Virus record (IMG/VR): IMGVR_UViG_3300030104_001233
Span: 1-60,643 of that record
Strand: one strand, 5' to 3'
DNA length: 60,643 bases
Origin: a virus
Lineage: Duplodnaviria; Caudoviricetes
Position numbers and translations under genes: made by a program. Below, piece after piece: positions 44,450 through 53,908 of this stretch. Within the stretch, counting starts at the first letter, position 1. The number at the start of each line of letters is the position of its first letter. The notes under the pieces were generated by a model. That model did not search any database, was not told where the DNA came from, and saw nothing but the letters and a program-made list of their open reading frames with translations.

Positions 44450-44832
44450 TGCCTAGTAAATCTAAAAAACAACATAGGTTTATGAAAGCAGTAGCAAACA
44501 ATCCTGATTTTGCAAAAGAAGTGGGTGTCCCACAAAGTGTAGGACGTGAATACGAAAAAGCTGATAAAGGTAAAACCTTTTCGGGAGGTAAGAAAGTGTC
44601 TAGTAAACGTATGAAAGCGGTTGAAGAAGAAGTAGAAGAAATGGAACGTGTTAAAAAACGTCGTTCAAAAGACTCAAAAGAAAGAAAAGATAAAAAGCAA
44701 GAGATGAAGCGTATTAGAGACGAAGAAGGACAAACCTTACGTGATATGAGAATGAATAAAGGCGGTAAAGTACGTGGGTGTGGTATTGCTTCACGCGGAG
44801 TACGTCCTACTAAAATGGTTACAATGGGTTAG
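44449..44832 (+). CDS. Basic hypothetical protein
   Basis: GTG start coupled to the upstream stop; PSKSKKQHRFM.AVA.NP.FAK.VG; MNKGGKVRGCG. Confidence 0.7.
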   Translation: MPSKSKKQHRFMKAVANNPDFAKEVGVPQSVGREYEKADKGKTFSGGKKVSSKRMKAVEEEVEEMERVKKRRSKDSKERKDKKQEMKRIRDEEGQTLRDMRMNKGGKVRGCGIASRGVRPTKMVTMG

Positions 44833-44837
44833 TCGTT

Positions 44838-45020
44838 ATGATGAAGTGTAGAGGTATGGGTAGAATAAAACCTGTAGCGTTAAAGAAAGGTGGTTCTACT
44901 AAAGATGCCTGTTATCACAAAGTAAAGTCTCGGTATAAAGTATTTCCATCTGCTTACGCATCTGGGGCTATTGCCAAGTGTCGTAAGAAAGGTGCAAAAA
45001 ACTGGGGAAATAAGTCTTAG
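44838..45020 (+). CDS. Small basic protein
   Basis: KDACYHKVKSRYKVFPSAYASGAIAKCRK. Confidence 0.75.
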   Translation: MMKCRGMGRIKPVALKKGGSTKDACYHKVKSRYKVFPSAYASGAIAKCRKKGAKNWGNKS

Positions 45021-45313
45021 TGGCTGTTCGTAAAACCAAAAAGGGAGCTGCGTTAAAACGTTGGTTCAAGGAAGATTGGAAAGATGTGCGAACGGGCAAG
45101 GCTTGTGGACGGCAGAAAGGTGAAAAGAGAGGAACGCCTTATTGTAGACCTAGCAAAAGAGTTTCTAGTAAAACACCTAAAACCTCTGGAGAAATGACCA
45201 CCGCAGAAAAAAGAAAAAGAGTCGCACAGAAAAAAAGGTTAGGACAACCAGCAGGTAAGCCAAGAAGAGTTCAAGCGGCTAGACGGAAGAAACCTGTTAA
45301 GAAAAAGAAATGA
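45020..45313 (+). CDS. Small basic protein
   Basis: LKRWFKEDW, CGR and CRP..RVSSKTPKT. Confidence 0.75.
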   Translation: MAVRKTKKGAALKRWFKEDWKDVRTGKACGRQKGEKRGTPYCRPSKRVSSKTPKTSGEMTTAEKRKRVAQKKRLGQPAGKPRRVQAARRKKPVKKKK

Positions 45314-45900
45314 TTAATAAGATCGAACGTAACGCCATAATTAAAGAGATAAAAGATTGGTCAAAATATACTTTAGAGGTTAGCAATCCAGAATATAACA
45401 ATTTACCCGTTTGTCCTTATGCGAAGGCGGCGTGGAAGCAAAAAAAGGTAGATATAGTTTTTAAAACTAAAGAAAAAGATTACGAACAGTTATACATGGC
45501 ACTACATAATTGGGATGATACAAAAGAGTTATTAATAATATCAGACATAGCGTATATAAAAGATGAAGATGAGTTTCATCAATTTGTAGATAGCATTAAT
45601 AAAGCTATTGCAGACAATGTTTTTAGAGATAGAGATATGTGGGTGATGGGGTTTCACCCAGAAGATGAAGAAAATGAATTGATAGAAGATGGAGAATACG
45701 AACCCCAATCGGAAATAGATTATGCCATATTTTTCGTGCAGAGGCTTTCTAAACTGGAAGAAGCTGCCGAAAAGTTAAGACCTCTTGGATATTACGATAA
45801 GTACTTTCAAGAGTATGATGTAAAAGAAATGTATAAATTACGCACTAAATTTTACAGGAGACTACAAAATGCGTGGAGCAAAAAAGAAAGGCCCAGCTAG
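45310..45900 (+). CDS. Hypothetical protein (DUF1415-like, tentative)
   Basis: NLPVCPYA and MGFHP motifs. Confidence 0.55.
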   Translation: MINKIERNAIIKEIKDWSKYTLEVSNPEYNNLPVCPYAKAAWKQKKVDIVFKTKEKDYEQLYMALHNWDDTKELLIISDIAYIKDEDEFHQFVDSINKAIADNVFRDRDMWVMGFHPEDEENELIEDGEYEPQSEIDYAIFFVQRLSKLEEAAEKLRPLGYYDKYFQEYDVKEMYKLRTKFYRRLQNAWSKKERPS

Positions 45901-46024
45901 AGGTATGCGTGGCGGTGGTATGGCAGGTAAAAAAGTCATGGGCATGAAGGGCGGTGGCAAAGCGGGCGCTAAGAAGAAAGGCCCAGTTAAAAGAAAGACC
46001 AAGAAAACTAAAAAGAAGAAGTAA
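45869..46024 (+). CDS. Protamine-like Lys/Gly/Met-rich peptide (51 aa, not in ORF track)
   Basis: MRGAKKKGPARGMRGGGMAGKKVMGMKGGGKAGAKKKGPVKRKTKKTKKKK; AGGAG RBS. Confidence 0.75.
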   Translation: MRGAKKKGPARGMRGGGMAGKKVMGMKGGGKAGAKKKGPVKRKTKKTKKKK

Positions 46025-46027
46025 ATT

Positions 46028-46732
46028 ATGGCTACTTCCGGCACTACTGCGTTTAACATGGATTTCACTGAAATCGCTGAAGAAGCGTGGGAACGGGCTG
46101 GGCGCGAAATGCGTTCTGGTTACGACCTACGCACTGCAAGGCGGTCTATGAATTTGCTTACTATTGAGTGGCAAAACCGTGGTATCAATATGTGGACCAT
46201 AGATTCTGGAACTATAAACTTAGTAAAAGGTACAGCTACGTATGATTTACCCGCTGATACTATTGATTTATTAGAGCAAGTTATTAGAACGGGTTCTGGA
46301 AACGTCAGTACGCAATCTGATCTTACTCTATCTCGTATTAGTGTAGCTACGTACGCAACTGTCCCCAATAAACTAAGTCAGGGTCGTCCCATACAAATCT
46401 ACATAGATAGAGCACGGGACAACCCTACAGCTACGTTATGGCCTGTACCCGATCAAGGCACTGCTGATTCTCCTACGTACGTATTAAAATATTACAGAAT
46501 GCGCCGTATTCAAGATGCAGGGGCAGGAGTACAAACTCCAGATGTTAGCTTTAGGTTTTTACCTTGCCTAGTAGCGGGACTGGCCTATTACGTAGCAATG
46601 AAAGATCCAGAGTTAGTTGCACGACTACCAATGTTAAAAGTTGAGTATGAAGAAGCATTTGAATTAGCCGCAGGAGAAGATAGAGAAAAAGCTACCATTA
46701 GTTTAATACCGCGTTTATTTGGGACAAATTAA
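46028..46732 (+). CDS. Putative head-tail adaptor protein
   Basis: ARRSMNLL..EW.NRG and LVAGLAYY motifs; position in the tail module. Confidence 0.6.
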   Translation: MATSGTTAFNMDFTEIAEEAWERAGREMRSGYDLRTARRSMNLLTIEWQNRGINMWTIDSGTINLVKGTATYDLPADTIDLLEQVIRTGSGNVSTQSDLTLSRISVATYATVPNKLSQGRPIQIYIDRARDNPTATLWPVPDQGTADSPTYVLKYYRMRRIQDAGAGVQTPDVSFRFLPCLVAGLAYYVAMKDPELVARLPMLKVEYEEAFELAAGEDREKATISLIPRLFGTN

Positions 46733-46735
46733 ACA

Positions 46736-47191
46736 ATGGGACAAAGGTATGCAGCGGGACACAACGCATTAGCTATTTGTGATGTGTGTGGTTTCCAGTA
46801 TAGATTGGGGCAATTAAGAAGTTTAGTTGTTAGAGGTATAACAACGCAAGTAAAAGCTTGCCCTGAGTGTTGGAATCCAGACCAACCGCAAAACAAACTA
46901 GGAGAGTTTCCGGTAGACGACCCGCAAGCTCTAAGAAACCCTAGACCTGACTTTGCAGAACTAGCTGCAAGCAGGGCGCATATAGAGCCAATCGACCCCT
47001 CTATAGTAGTTGGGTTTGGTAAAGTAGGGGAAGTTGTAATAGGACCAGTAGAAGGAAATGTTACAGTAGCTACCGCCAATGTAAGTGCAACAGGAAGTGT
47101 AGGTTCTGTAAACGTTTCTACAGTTGCACCGAGGTTTGACAGCACTTCGATTACACTTGATTCAACTATAGATACATTTGACGAAGGATAG
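46736..47191 (+). CDS. Hypothetical protein with zinc finger
   Basis: CDVC and CPEC pairs; DPQALRNPRPD. Confidence 0.7.
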   Translation: MGQRYAAGHNALAICDVCGFQYRLGQLRSLVVRGITTQVKACPECWNPDQPQNKLGEFPVDDPQALRNPRPDFAELAASRAHIEPIDPSIVVGFGKVGEVVIGPVEGNVTVATANVSATGSVGSVNVSTVAPRFDSTSITLDSTIDTFDEG

Positions 47192-47194
47192 AAC

Positions 47195-47845
47195 ATGGCA
47201 AAGCAAACGATAGGTATAGGCTCTTCTGCTAATGATGGAACAGGTGATACTCTTCGTGTGGGTGCGGATAAAGTCAATGATAATTTTAATGAGGTGTACG
47301 CGGCTCTTGGAAATGGTACAACTCTTACAGACATCATAGATTCTGGTGGTCTTTTAGACGTAAGTTCTGGAGCAAACAAAATTGTTTTTTATTATGCGAA
47401 TCTGAGTGATTTACCTAGCGCATCCACTTACCACGGGGCTGTGGCTCACGTTCATGCGACTGGAGGACTTTACTTCGCACATGGCGGCGCATGGATTAGG
47501 CTAAATGATGAGACAACTGGCCCTGTAACTAAATATACAGCAGGTGTGGTAGGGTCTACGGCATATACGTTTACTGGTCCCGGTGCTACATCTGGCAATA
47601 ATCCAAATTTTACTTTTTATAAAGGGCATACTTATCTTATAGATAATACGGCTAATGTATCAAGTCATCCTTTACAAATTAGGACTTCTGCGGGTGGTTC
47701 CGCATTTACAACAGGAGTTACGGAAAATTATAACTCTACTACAGGTTTGACACAGTTTATCGTGCCTCACGAACCAAGTGACACGTCTTTGGTATATCAA
47801 TGCACTAATCATGGTTCTATGGTTGGTAACATAACAATAGTATAG
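47195..47845 (+). CDS. Structural protein with T4 gp9/gp10-like N-terminus and cupredoxin-like C-terminus
   Basis: MAKQTIGIGSSANDGTGDTLR...K.NDNF.E.Y; SHPL...YQCTNHGSM. Confidence 0.65.
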   Translation: MAKQTIGIGSSANDGTGDTLRVGADKVNDNFNEVYAALGNGTTLTDIIDSGGLLDVSSGANKIVFYYANLSDLPSASTYHGAVAHVHATGGLYFAHGGAWIRLNDETTGPVTKYTAGVVGSTAYTFTGPGATSGNNPNFTFYKGHTYLIDNTANVSSHPLQIRTSAGGSAFTTGVTENYNSTTGLTQFIVPHEPSDTSLVYQCTNHGSMVGNITIV

Positions 47846-47856
47846 AGGTATTCAGT

Positions 47857-48030
47857 ATGAAACGAGAAAGCAAAAAAGCACCTAAGATTATAGAGTTTCC
47901 AAATGAACCTACAGTTTACAGTCCCGGCACACAAGTTAATCAGCCTATAGATATGAAGACAAGTGGAGTAGAAACTCGTGGTAATGGTGCGGCTACTAAG
48001 GGTACTAAAGCAAGAGGTCCGATGGCGTAG
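47857..48030 (+). CDS. Small protein (57 aa, not in ORF track)
   Basis: MKRESKKAPK...TSGVETRGNGAATKGTKARGPMA; GAGG RBS; coupled to the next gene. Confidence 0.7.
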   Translation: MKRESKKAPKIIEFPNEPTVYSPGTQVNQPIDMKTSGVETRGNGAATKGTKARGPMA

Positions 48031-48656
48031 TGAACTACACAGAGCTTAAAACAAACGTTAATGACATTTGTGAGCAAACGTTCACAGATGATCAGCTTGC
48101 TATGTTTACCAAACAGGCAGAGCAAAAAATATACACTACGGTGTCTTTACCTGCGTTGCGGAAGAATCAAACAGGTTCCTTAACTAGTGGTAATAAGTAT
48201 TTAACAGTTCCTTCTGGCTTTTTGTATGCTTATTCTTTAGCCCTAATAAGTGGTAGTGATTACATTTATTTGTTGGATAAAGATGTAAACTTTATGCGAG
48301 AAGCCTACCCTAATCCTGCTACGACAGGAGTGCCTGTGCATTATGCCATTTTTGACGAAACTAGCTTTATAGTAGGGCCAACTCCTAATGCTAATTTTGA
48401 AGCAGAAATACACTTTGCTTATTATCCAGAGTCTATAGTTACTGCTGGTACTACATGGTTAGGTACGGAGTTTGATTCTGCTCTTTTGAATGGAGCCTTG
48501 ATGGAAGCTATTAGGTTCCAAAAAGGAGAGCCTGATATGATAGCTACTTATGAAAAGATGTATGTACAATCTATAGCATTACTTAAAAATTTGGGTGATG
48601 GCAAGTTACGTGAGGATACATACCGAGGTGGTCAAGTTAAAGTGGAGACGGCTTGA
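48030..48656 (+). CDS. Putative tail tubular/adaptor protein
   Basis: MNYTELK, GPTP and LLNGALMEA motifs typical of podovirus adaptor-like proteins. Confidence 0.55.
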   Translation: MNYTELKTNVNDICEQTFTDDQLAMFTKQAEQKIYTTVSLPALRKNQTGSLTSGNKYLTVPSGFLYAYSLALISGSDYIYLLDKDVNFMREAYPNPATTGVPVHYAIFDETSFIVGPTPNANFEAEIHFAYYPESIVTAGTTWLGTEFDSALLNGALMEAIRFQKGEPDMIATYEKMYVQSIALLKNLGDGKLREDTYRGGQVKVETA

Positions 48657-48943
48657 TGATAAGCTCTGAAAGCGTTGTAGAATTAGGTAACGTAAAGGTT
48701 ACTACTATATCTAAGCGAGGGTTTACTCCCGAAGAGTTAGCTGAACAGGCGTTGGATAAAATAATTTATGTGGGTGGCAATAGTCATCCTTTGATTGTGG
48801 AACAGGCAGAAACGTTTAAAAATCAAATCCGTGGGGTACTGGTTGAGTATATGAAACAAGCTATTCGTTCAGACCGCACAACTTTGGCAAACCAATTCCG
48901 CGATGCTGGGCATTCGGAACTTGTAAAATTATTGGAGATATAA
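48653..48943 (+). CDS. Hypothetical protein
   Basis: 96-aa ORF in operon. Confidence 0.7.
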   Translation: MMISSESVVELGNVKVTTISKRGFTPEELAEQALDKIIYVGGNSHPLIVEQAETFKNQIRGVLVEYMKQAIRSDRTTLANQFRDAGHSELVKLLEI

Positions 48944-48944
48944 C

Positions 48945-49400
48945 ATGGCAATAACGATAGCAACAGCAATGCCCACGACTTTTAAAGTTGAATTGCTTAA
49001 AGGGCTACATGATTTACAAAACGGTGCGGATACCTTAAAGATTGCACTGCTTAAATCAGTATCATCAGGTTCAGGAACCTATGGCGCTGCAAGCACTAAC
49101 TACTCTGACATCACAGGTAATTCTGATGAGACAAGTGGTTCAGGTTACAGCGCAGGGGGTAACACCCTTACTAACGTAACCCCCGTTGCTTCTAGCACTA
49201 CGGCTGTTTGTGATTTCAATGATACTACTTGGTCAAGTGCTTCTTTCACAACGTGTGGAGCAATGATCTATAACACTAGCAACAGTAATTCAGCCTGTGC
49301 AGTATTAAGTTTTAGTGGAGATCAAACAGTAAGTTCAGGAGATTTCCAAATCCAATTCCCTGCTGCTGGTGCTTCTACTGCGATTATACGTATCGCCTAG
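48945..49400 (+). CDS. Putative tail structural protein
   Basis: FKVELL, GYSAGG.TL and C-terminal AIIRIA. Confidence 0.65.
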   Translation: MAITIATAMPTTFKVELLKGLHDLQNGADTLKIALLKSVSSGSGTYGAASTNYSDITGNSDETSGSGYSAGGNTLTNVTPVASSTTAVCDFNDTTWSSASFTTCGAMIYNTSNSNSACAVLSFSGDQTVSSGDFQIQFPAAGASTAIIRIA

Positions 49401-49409
49401 AGGTTTTGA

Positions 49410-50120
49410 ATGGCTGATAAAATTGTAGGTCTTGGAGCTACATGGGGCGCAGGTACGTGGGGCCAAGGCTCGTGGGGGAATAATGTCAATATTTCCGTAT
49501 CAGCTACAGGAGCAATAGGCACTGTAGGATTCTCCATAGGAGGGTCTGTAATCCCTACTGGAGTACAGGGAACTAGCGCAGTAGGTGGTGTTGGTATAAA
49601 CCGTACGGGACTTATAATCCCAACAGGCACAGCAGGAACAGGTAGTGTAGGAACTGTAACTACTGCATATACCAGTGTGCAAACACCGACAGGCGTAAGT
49701 GGTACGGGTGCAGTAGGAACTACTTCAATAAGCGTAGTAGATTCTGTAACTCCTACAGGCGTAAGTGGTACGGGTGCTATAGGCGCTGTTGGACTTGTGG
49801 TAGGAGATTTACTTGAGCCTATTGGAGTTCAAGGCGCGGGTGCTGTCGGTACGGCTACTCCAGCTTACGATAGGATTGTAGCTGTTACAGGGGTAGTTGG
49901 TACAAGTGCTGTCGGAGCACCTACTGATTTAGTGTTACCTGCGATAACTGGAGTGGTGGGGACAGGTGGAGTTGAGCCTGTTACTATTGCATTTGGTGGT
50001 TCTATAGTAGCTACAGGTGTAAGTGGTACAGGCGCGGTAGGAACAATAAGTAGAGGTGGTTGGACTACGATAGATGATTCTCAAACACCTACTTGGGTAG
50101 ATATAAACAAAGCAGCATAG
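49410..50120 (+). CDS. Repetitive Gly/Thr/Val-rich structural protein
   Basis: Multiple (P)TGVSGTGAVG repeats; N-terminal WGAGTWG. Confidence 0.7.
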   Translation: MADKIVGLGATWGAGTWGQGSWGNNVNISVSATGAIGTVGFSIGGSVIPTGVQGTSAVGGVGINRTGLIIPTGTAGTGSVGTVTTAYTSVQTPTGVSGTGAVGTTSISVVDSVTPTGVSGTGAIGAVGLVVGDLLEPIGVQGAGAVGTATPAYDRIVAVTGVVGTSAVGAPTDLVLPAITGVVGTGGVEPVTIAFGGSIVATGVSGTGAVGTISRGGWTTIDDSQTPTWVDINKAA

Positions 50121-50129
50121 GAATATATT

Positions 50130-51239
50130 ATGGCTACTTATGTAAATAATTTAAGACTTAAAGAAATTACTACAGGCGATGAGGACGGTACTTGGGGTAC
50201 TAGTACTAATACTAATTTAGAACTTATTGCTGATTCTCTTGGGTATAACACTCAAGATTGTTTTGGTTCAGATGGTAACCAAACGACTACTGTGGCGGAT
50301 GGTTCTGCTGATCCTGCTCGTGCGCTTTATTTTAAAGTCACTTCTACAGCAACTCTTTCTACGACTAGGGAACTTACGATAGCGCCAAATACTGTTTCGC
50401 GGGTTATGTGGATAGAGAATGCTACAACAGGCAGTCAGACCATAACCATAAAGCAGGGGTCAGGAGCTACTGTAAATATACCTACAGGGCAAACTAAAGT
50501 TCTTTACCTAGATGGAGCAGGATCAGGAGCTGCTGTTGTAGACGCTAACGCTAATGTTGCAGCCGATGGAGTTACTTCGGTAGCTGGAACTGGAACCGTT
50601 AACGGGTTGACTCTGACAGGCACAGTAACTAGTACAGGAAACTTAACGCTAGGGGGCACACTTTCGGGAGTTAGTTTAACGGCTGCTGTATCAGGCACGT
50701 TACCTGTAGCAAACGGGGGCACTGGAATTACATCTTTTGGTTCAGGAGTAGCTACGTGGATTGGCACACCTTCAAGTGCAAATTTAGCTAGTGCTGTTAC
50801 TGATGAAACTGGTTCTGGTGCATTGGTCTTTGGTACAGCCCCAACGATAACAGGCATGACTTTAGCTGGTGCGGTAACTGGTGCGGATCAGACTGTTTCG
50901 GCAATTAATCTTAAAGATTATGGTGAAGTTACTAATGCTTTAGGCAGCGTGTCAGGCAGTACAACGATTGATTTGACGGCTGGTAATTCTGTAACTGCAA
51001 CTACTGGTGGTGCAATTACTTGGACGTTTAGTAATCCTACAGCCTCAGACGAGTTGTGTGGGTTTGTACTTAAACTAGTAAACGGAGGTAGTGCAACCCA
51101 AACATGGCCTGCAAGTGTAGATTGGCCTAGTGCAACTGCACCAACATTAACAACAAGCGGCACAGACGTATTAGTTTTTATCACTTGTGATGGTGGTACG
51201 ACTTATTACGGCTTTACTGCGGGGCTAGCTCTAGCATGA
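50130..51239 (+). CDS. Tail fibre-like protein
   Basis: GTWGTSTNTN, GTLPVANGGTG, VTDETGSGALVF and WP...APTLT...D. Confidence 0.7.
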   Translation: MATYVNNLRLKEITTGDEDGTWGTSTNTNLELIADSLGYNTQDCFGSDGNQTTTVADGSADPARALYFKVTSTATLSTTRELTIAPNTVSRVMWIENATTGSQTITIKQGSGATVNIPTGQTKVLYLDGAGSGAAVVDANANVAADGVTSVAGTGTVNGLTLTGTVTSTGNLTLGGTLSGVSLTAAVSGTLPVANGGTGITSFGSGVATWIGTPSSANLASAVTDETGSGALVFGTAPTITGMTLAGAVTGADQTVSAINLKDYGEVTNALGSVSGSTTIDLTAGNSVTATTGGAITWTFSNPTASDELCGFVLKLVNGGSATQTWPASVDWPSATAPTLTTSGTDVLVFITCDGGTTYYGFTAGLALA

Positions 51240-53200
51240 CCAATATTCGTAACGCTTTAATGCAAGCTGCTGGTTCTTCCGGTGGTGATAAGGTTTATGT
51301 AGAAGATGTATTTTCTACTTATTTGCTCAATGGAACAGAGGCTGAATCTGGGTCTTCTGTAACAGGTATAGTTAATGGAGTTGATTTAGATGATAAAGGT
51401 GGTCTAGTTTGGATAAAAAGACGGGACGCTACAGCAGATCATCGTCTTTTTGATACTGTAAATGTCCCTAACAAGTTTTTAGAATCAAATACAACTGATG
51501 CTTTGTTTACTAACTCGTACTGGTCTACAACTAATGTCAATGGCTTTAACAGTAATGGTTTTGATTTTATCGGAGAAAACACTTCAGGAATTAAATTTGC
51601 TTCTTGGACATTTGCCAAACAACCGGGATTTTTTGATGTTGTCACTTATACGGGAACAGGTAGTAGCAAAACTGTAAGTCATAACTTAGGTTGTGTTCCC
51701 GGCATGATTATCGTGAAGATGACAACTACGGCAGGGTATAAATGGCGTGTATGGCACAAGTCTCTCGGAAATAATATGGCTCTTTGCCTAAACGACAATA
51801 GCGCAGAAAGTGATGATGGTGGCGGCGGTGGAGGTTGGTGGAATAATACACCACCAACGTCAAGCGTTTTTAGTGTCGGTACTTATGGGCAGGTTAATAA
51901 TAATGGCGATACTTTTGTTGCCTATCTTTTTGCTGATGGTGATAATTCAGACGCACAAATTTTTGGTGATAATTCTGATGAACAAATTATAAAATGTGGT
52001 ACTTATAATGGTAATAGCACAATACCTTATACAGTAGATTTAGGGTTTGAACCACAATGGTTATTGATTAAACGAACAGATTCGGGCAGTGCAGATGATT
52101 GGATGATTGTAGATAACATGAGAGGTCAAGCGATTGACGATTTACATATATTAGAACCAAACAACTCTGATGCTGAAAATGCTACATCTTTTAATTGTTT
52201 TCCGGCAGCTAATGGGTTCACTATAAATACTAATGTTGGTCAATTTAATGGAAATGGAGCACCTTACATTTACGTCGCAATACGTCGTGGACCTATGAAA
52301 GAACCTTCTGCGGGCACTGATGTTTTAGGACTCGACGCTTCTTCCGCAAGCTCCTATGAGTCACCTTTTTTTCAAGGCAACAATGTTGTCGATCATGCCT
52401 TTTGGCGAACTTCTACTGGTGGCACTAATTATGTAAATCCCCGGCTGCTATCACAGCAATTTATGCAGGCTCAAGCAAAATCAGCAGCGGGAAACAACCA
52501 AGATGCTCTTTTTGATTTTATGAATGGCTTCTATGATTTGGGTTCTGGCACCGCCCCCGGCTATTACGCATCAATGTTTACACGATATCCAAAAGTATTT
52601 GATGTGGCTGTTTATATAGGAACAGGATCAAACACGACTCATGCTCATAATCTTGGCGTTGTTCCAGAAATGATGATAATCAAACAAACAGATAATGCCG
52701 ATTATGGATGGTTTGTTTATGAGTCAAATGGAGGAAAAGACAAATATATGTATTTAGATGGTGTTGATCAACAAAACACAAGTTCTAATATTTTTGGAAG
52801 TACTCCTACTGCTACGAACATAGTTGCAAATCCAACTAATAATTATATCAATGCAAGCGGTGTACCTCATTTAGCCTTACTTTTCGCCTCATTAACCGGA
52901 ATATCGAAAGTAGGTACATATACAGGTACAGGGAGTGATTTAAATGTAACTGGTCTAGGTGCTGCCGTAAGATGGGTAATGATTAAGCGCACTGATAGCA
53001 GTGGTGATTGGTATGTTTTCGATACCCTAAGAGGTATTGTTGCAGGAAATGATGATTATTTTTTGATGAATACTACTGGTGCTGATGTGACAAATACAGA
53101 TTACATAGACCCTCATAGTTCAGGATTTACAGTTACCTCTAATGCCTCCTCAACTATAAATGTTTCTGGTGGCACATATGTTTATTTAGCTTTTGCGTAG
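51236..53200 (+). CDS. Tail fibre / receptor-binding-like protein with internal repeats
   Basis: Repeated FDVVTYTGTG..HNLG.VP.MIIVK and WIKR.D modules. Confidence 0.7.
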   Translation: MTNIRNALMQAAGSSGGDKVYVEDVFSTYLLNGTEAESGSSVTGIVNGVDLDDKGGLVWIKRRDATADHRLFDTVNVPNKFLESNTTDALFTNSYWSTTNVNGFNSNGFDFIGENTSGIKFASWTFAKQPGFFDVVTYTGTGSSKTVSHNLGCVPGMIIVKMTTTAGYKWRVWHKSLGNNMALCLNDNSAESDDGGGGGGWWNNTPPTSSVFSVGTYGQVNNNGDTFVAYLFADGDNSDAQIFGDNSDEQIIKCGTYNGNSTIPYTVDLGFEPQWLLIKRTDSGSADDWMIVDNMRGQAIDDLHILEPNNSDAENATSFNCFPAANGFTINTNVGQFNGNGAPYIYVAIRRGPMKEPSAGTDVLGLDASSASSYESPFFQGNNVVDHAFWRTSTGGTNYVNPRLLSQQFMQAQAKSAAGNNQDALFDFMNGFYDLGSGTAPGYYASMFTRYPKVFDVAVYIGTGSNTTHAHNLGVVPEMMIIKQTDNADYGWFVYESNGGKDKYMYLDGVDQQNTSSNIFGSTPTATNIVANPTNNYINASGVPHLALLFASLTGISKVGTYTGTGSDLNVTGLGAAVRWVMIKRTDSSGDWYVFDTLRGIVAGNDDYFLMNTTGADVTNTDYIDPHSSGFTVTSNASSTINVSGGTYVYLAFA

Positions 53201-53209
53201 GAGACAACA

Positions 53210-53710
53210 ATGAGCGAATACAGACTTAAAGCAGATGGAAGCGTAAAAACAAAAAGCGAAGTTGTTGCGCTGAATTCTAATACTTCTATTCCTAAAGTTT
53301 GGACTGACCAAGTTTGTGAGGACTTAGGTATAGACGTAGTGTTTGAAACTCCAAAGCCTACAAGCTCTGAGCCTTATAAGCATTATGTACGCAATGGTGT
53401 TGAGCAAAATTCTAAAGAACAGTGGGTACAGGCGTGGGTTGAGCAAGATATGTTTGAAGATACTACTGTTGATGACGTAACAACAACTAAAGCAGAACAT
53501 GAAGCAGCTTATCAGGCGATGGTAGATGCTAATGCAGCAAAGGCAGTTAGGTCTAGGCGTGATGGCTTATTAGCTGAAACAGACTTTTATGCCTTGTCTG
53601 ACGTGACTATGACGGATGCTATGACAACCTATAGGCAAGCATTAAGAGACATAACTGCACATAGTAATTTCCCCCATAATTTAACTGATGATTGGCCTGA
53701 AAAGCCATGA
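53210..53710 (+). CDS. Tail fibre assembly chaperone-like protein
   Basis: R..RD.LL.ETD...YRQALRDI....FP....WP.KP. Confidence 0.8.
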   Translation: MSEYRLKADGSVKTKSEVVALNSNTSIPKVWTDQVCEDLGIDVVFETPKPTSSEPYKHYVRNGVEQNSKEQWVQAWVEQDMFEDTTVDDVTTTKAEHEAAYQAMVDANAAKAVRSRRDGLLAETDFYALSDVTMTDAMTTYRQALRDITAHSNFPHNLTDDWPEKP

Positions 53711-53713
53711 GTT

Positions 53714-53908
53714 ATGGTTTTATTTATATTAATTGTAAGTATTGGGGGGCAAGATGTATCGCGTTCTTGCGAACAGGCGTTGTGTTTTAAGGATATTGAT
53801 AGGTGTCTTTACTTTGCCGAGCGATTGAACCAACAACCTAATACTCCAGATTTAAAAGCTCATTGTCAGCATATAAATGCAGACGAAGATAGCAGGTGGT
53901 ACAAATGA
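53714..53908 (+). CDS. Small Cys-containing protein with hydrophobic N-terminus
   Basis: 64-aa ORF coupled to the next gene. Confidence 0.6.
   Translation: MVLFILIVSIGGQDVSRSCEQALCFKDIDRCLYFAERLNQQPNTPDLKAHCQHINADEDSRWYK

Noticed and set aside
50130-53200. Diversity-generating retroelement target
   Set aside because: No reverse transcriptase and no template/variable repeat pair was seen
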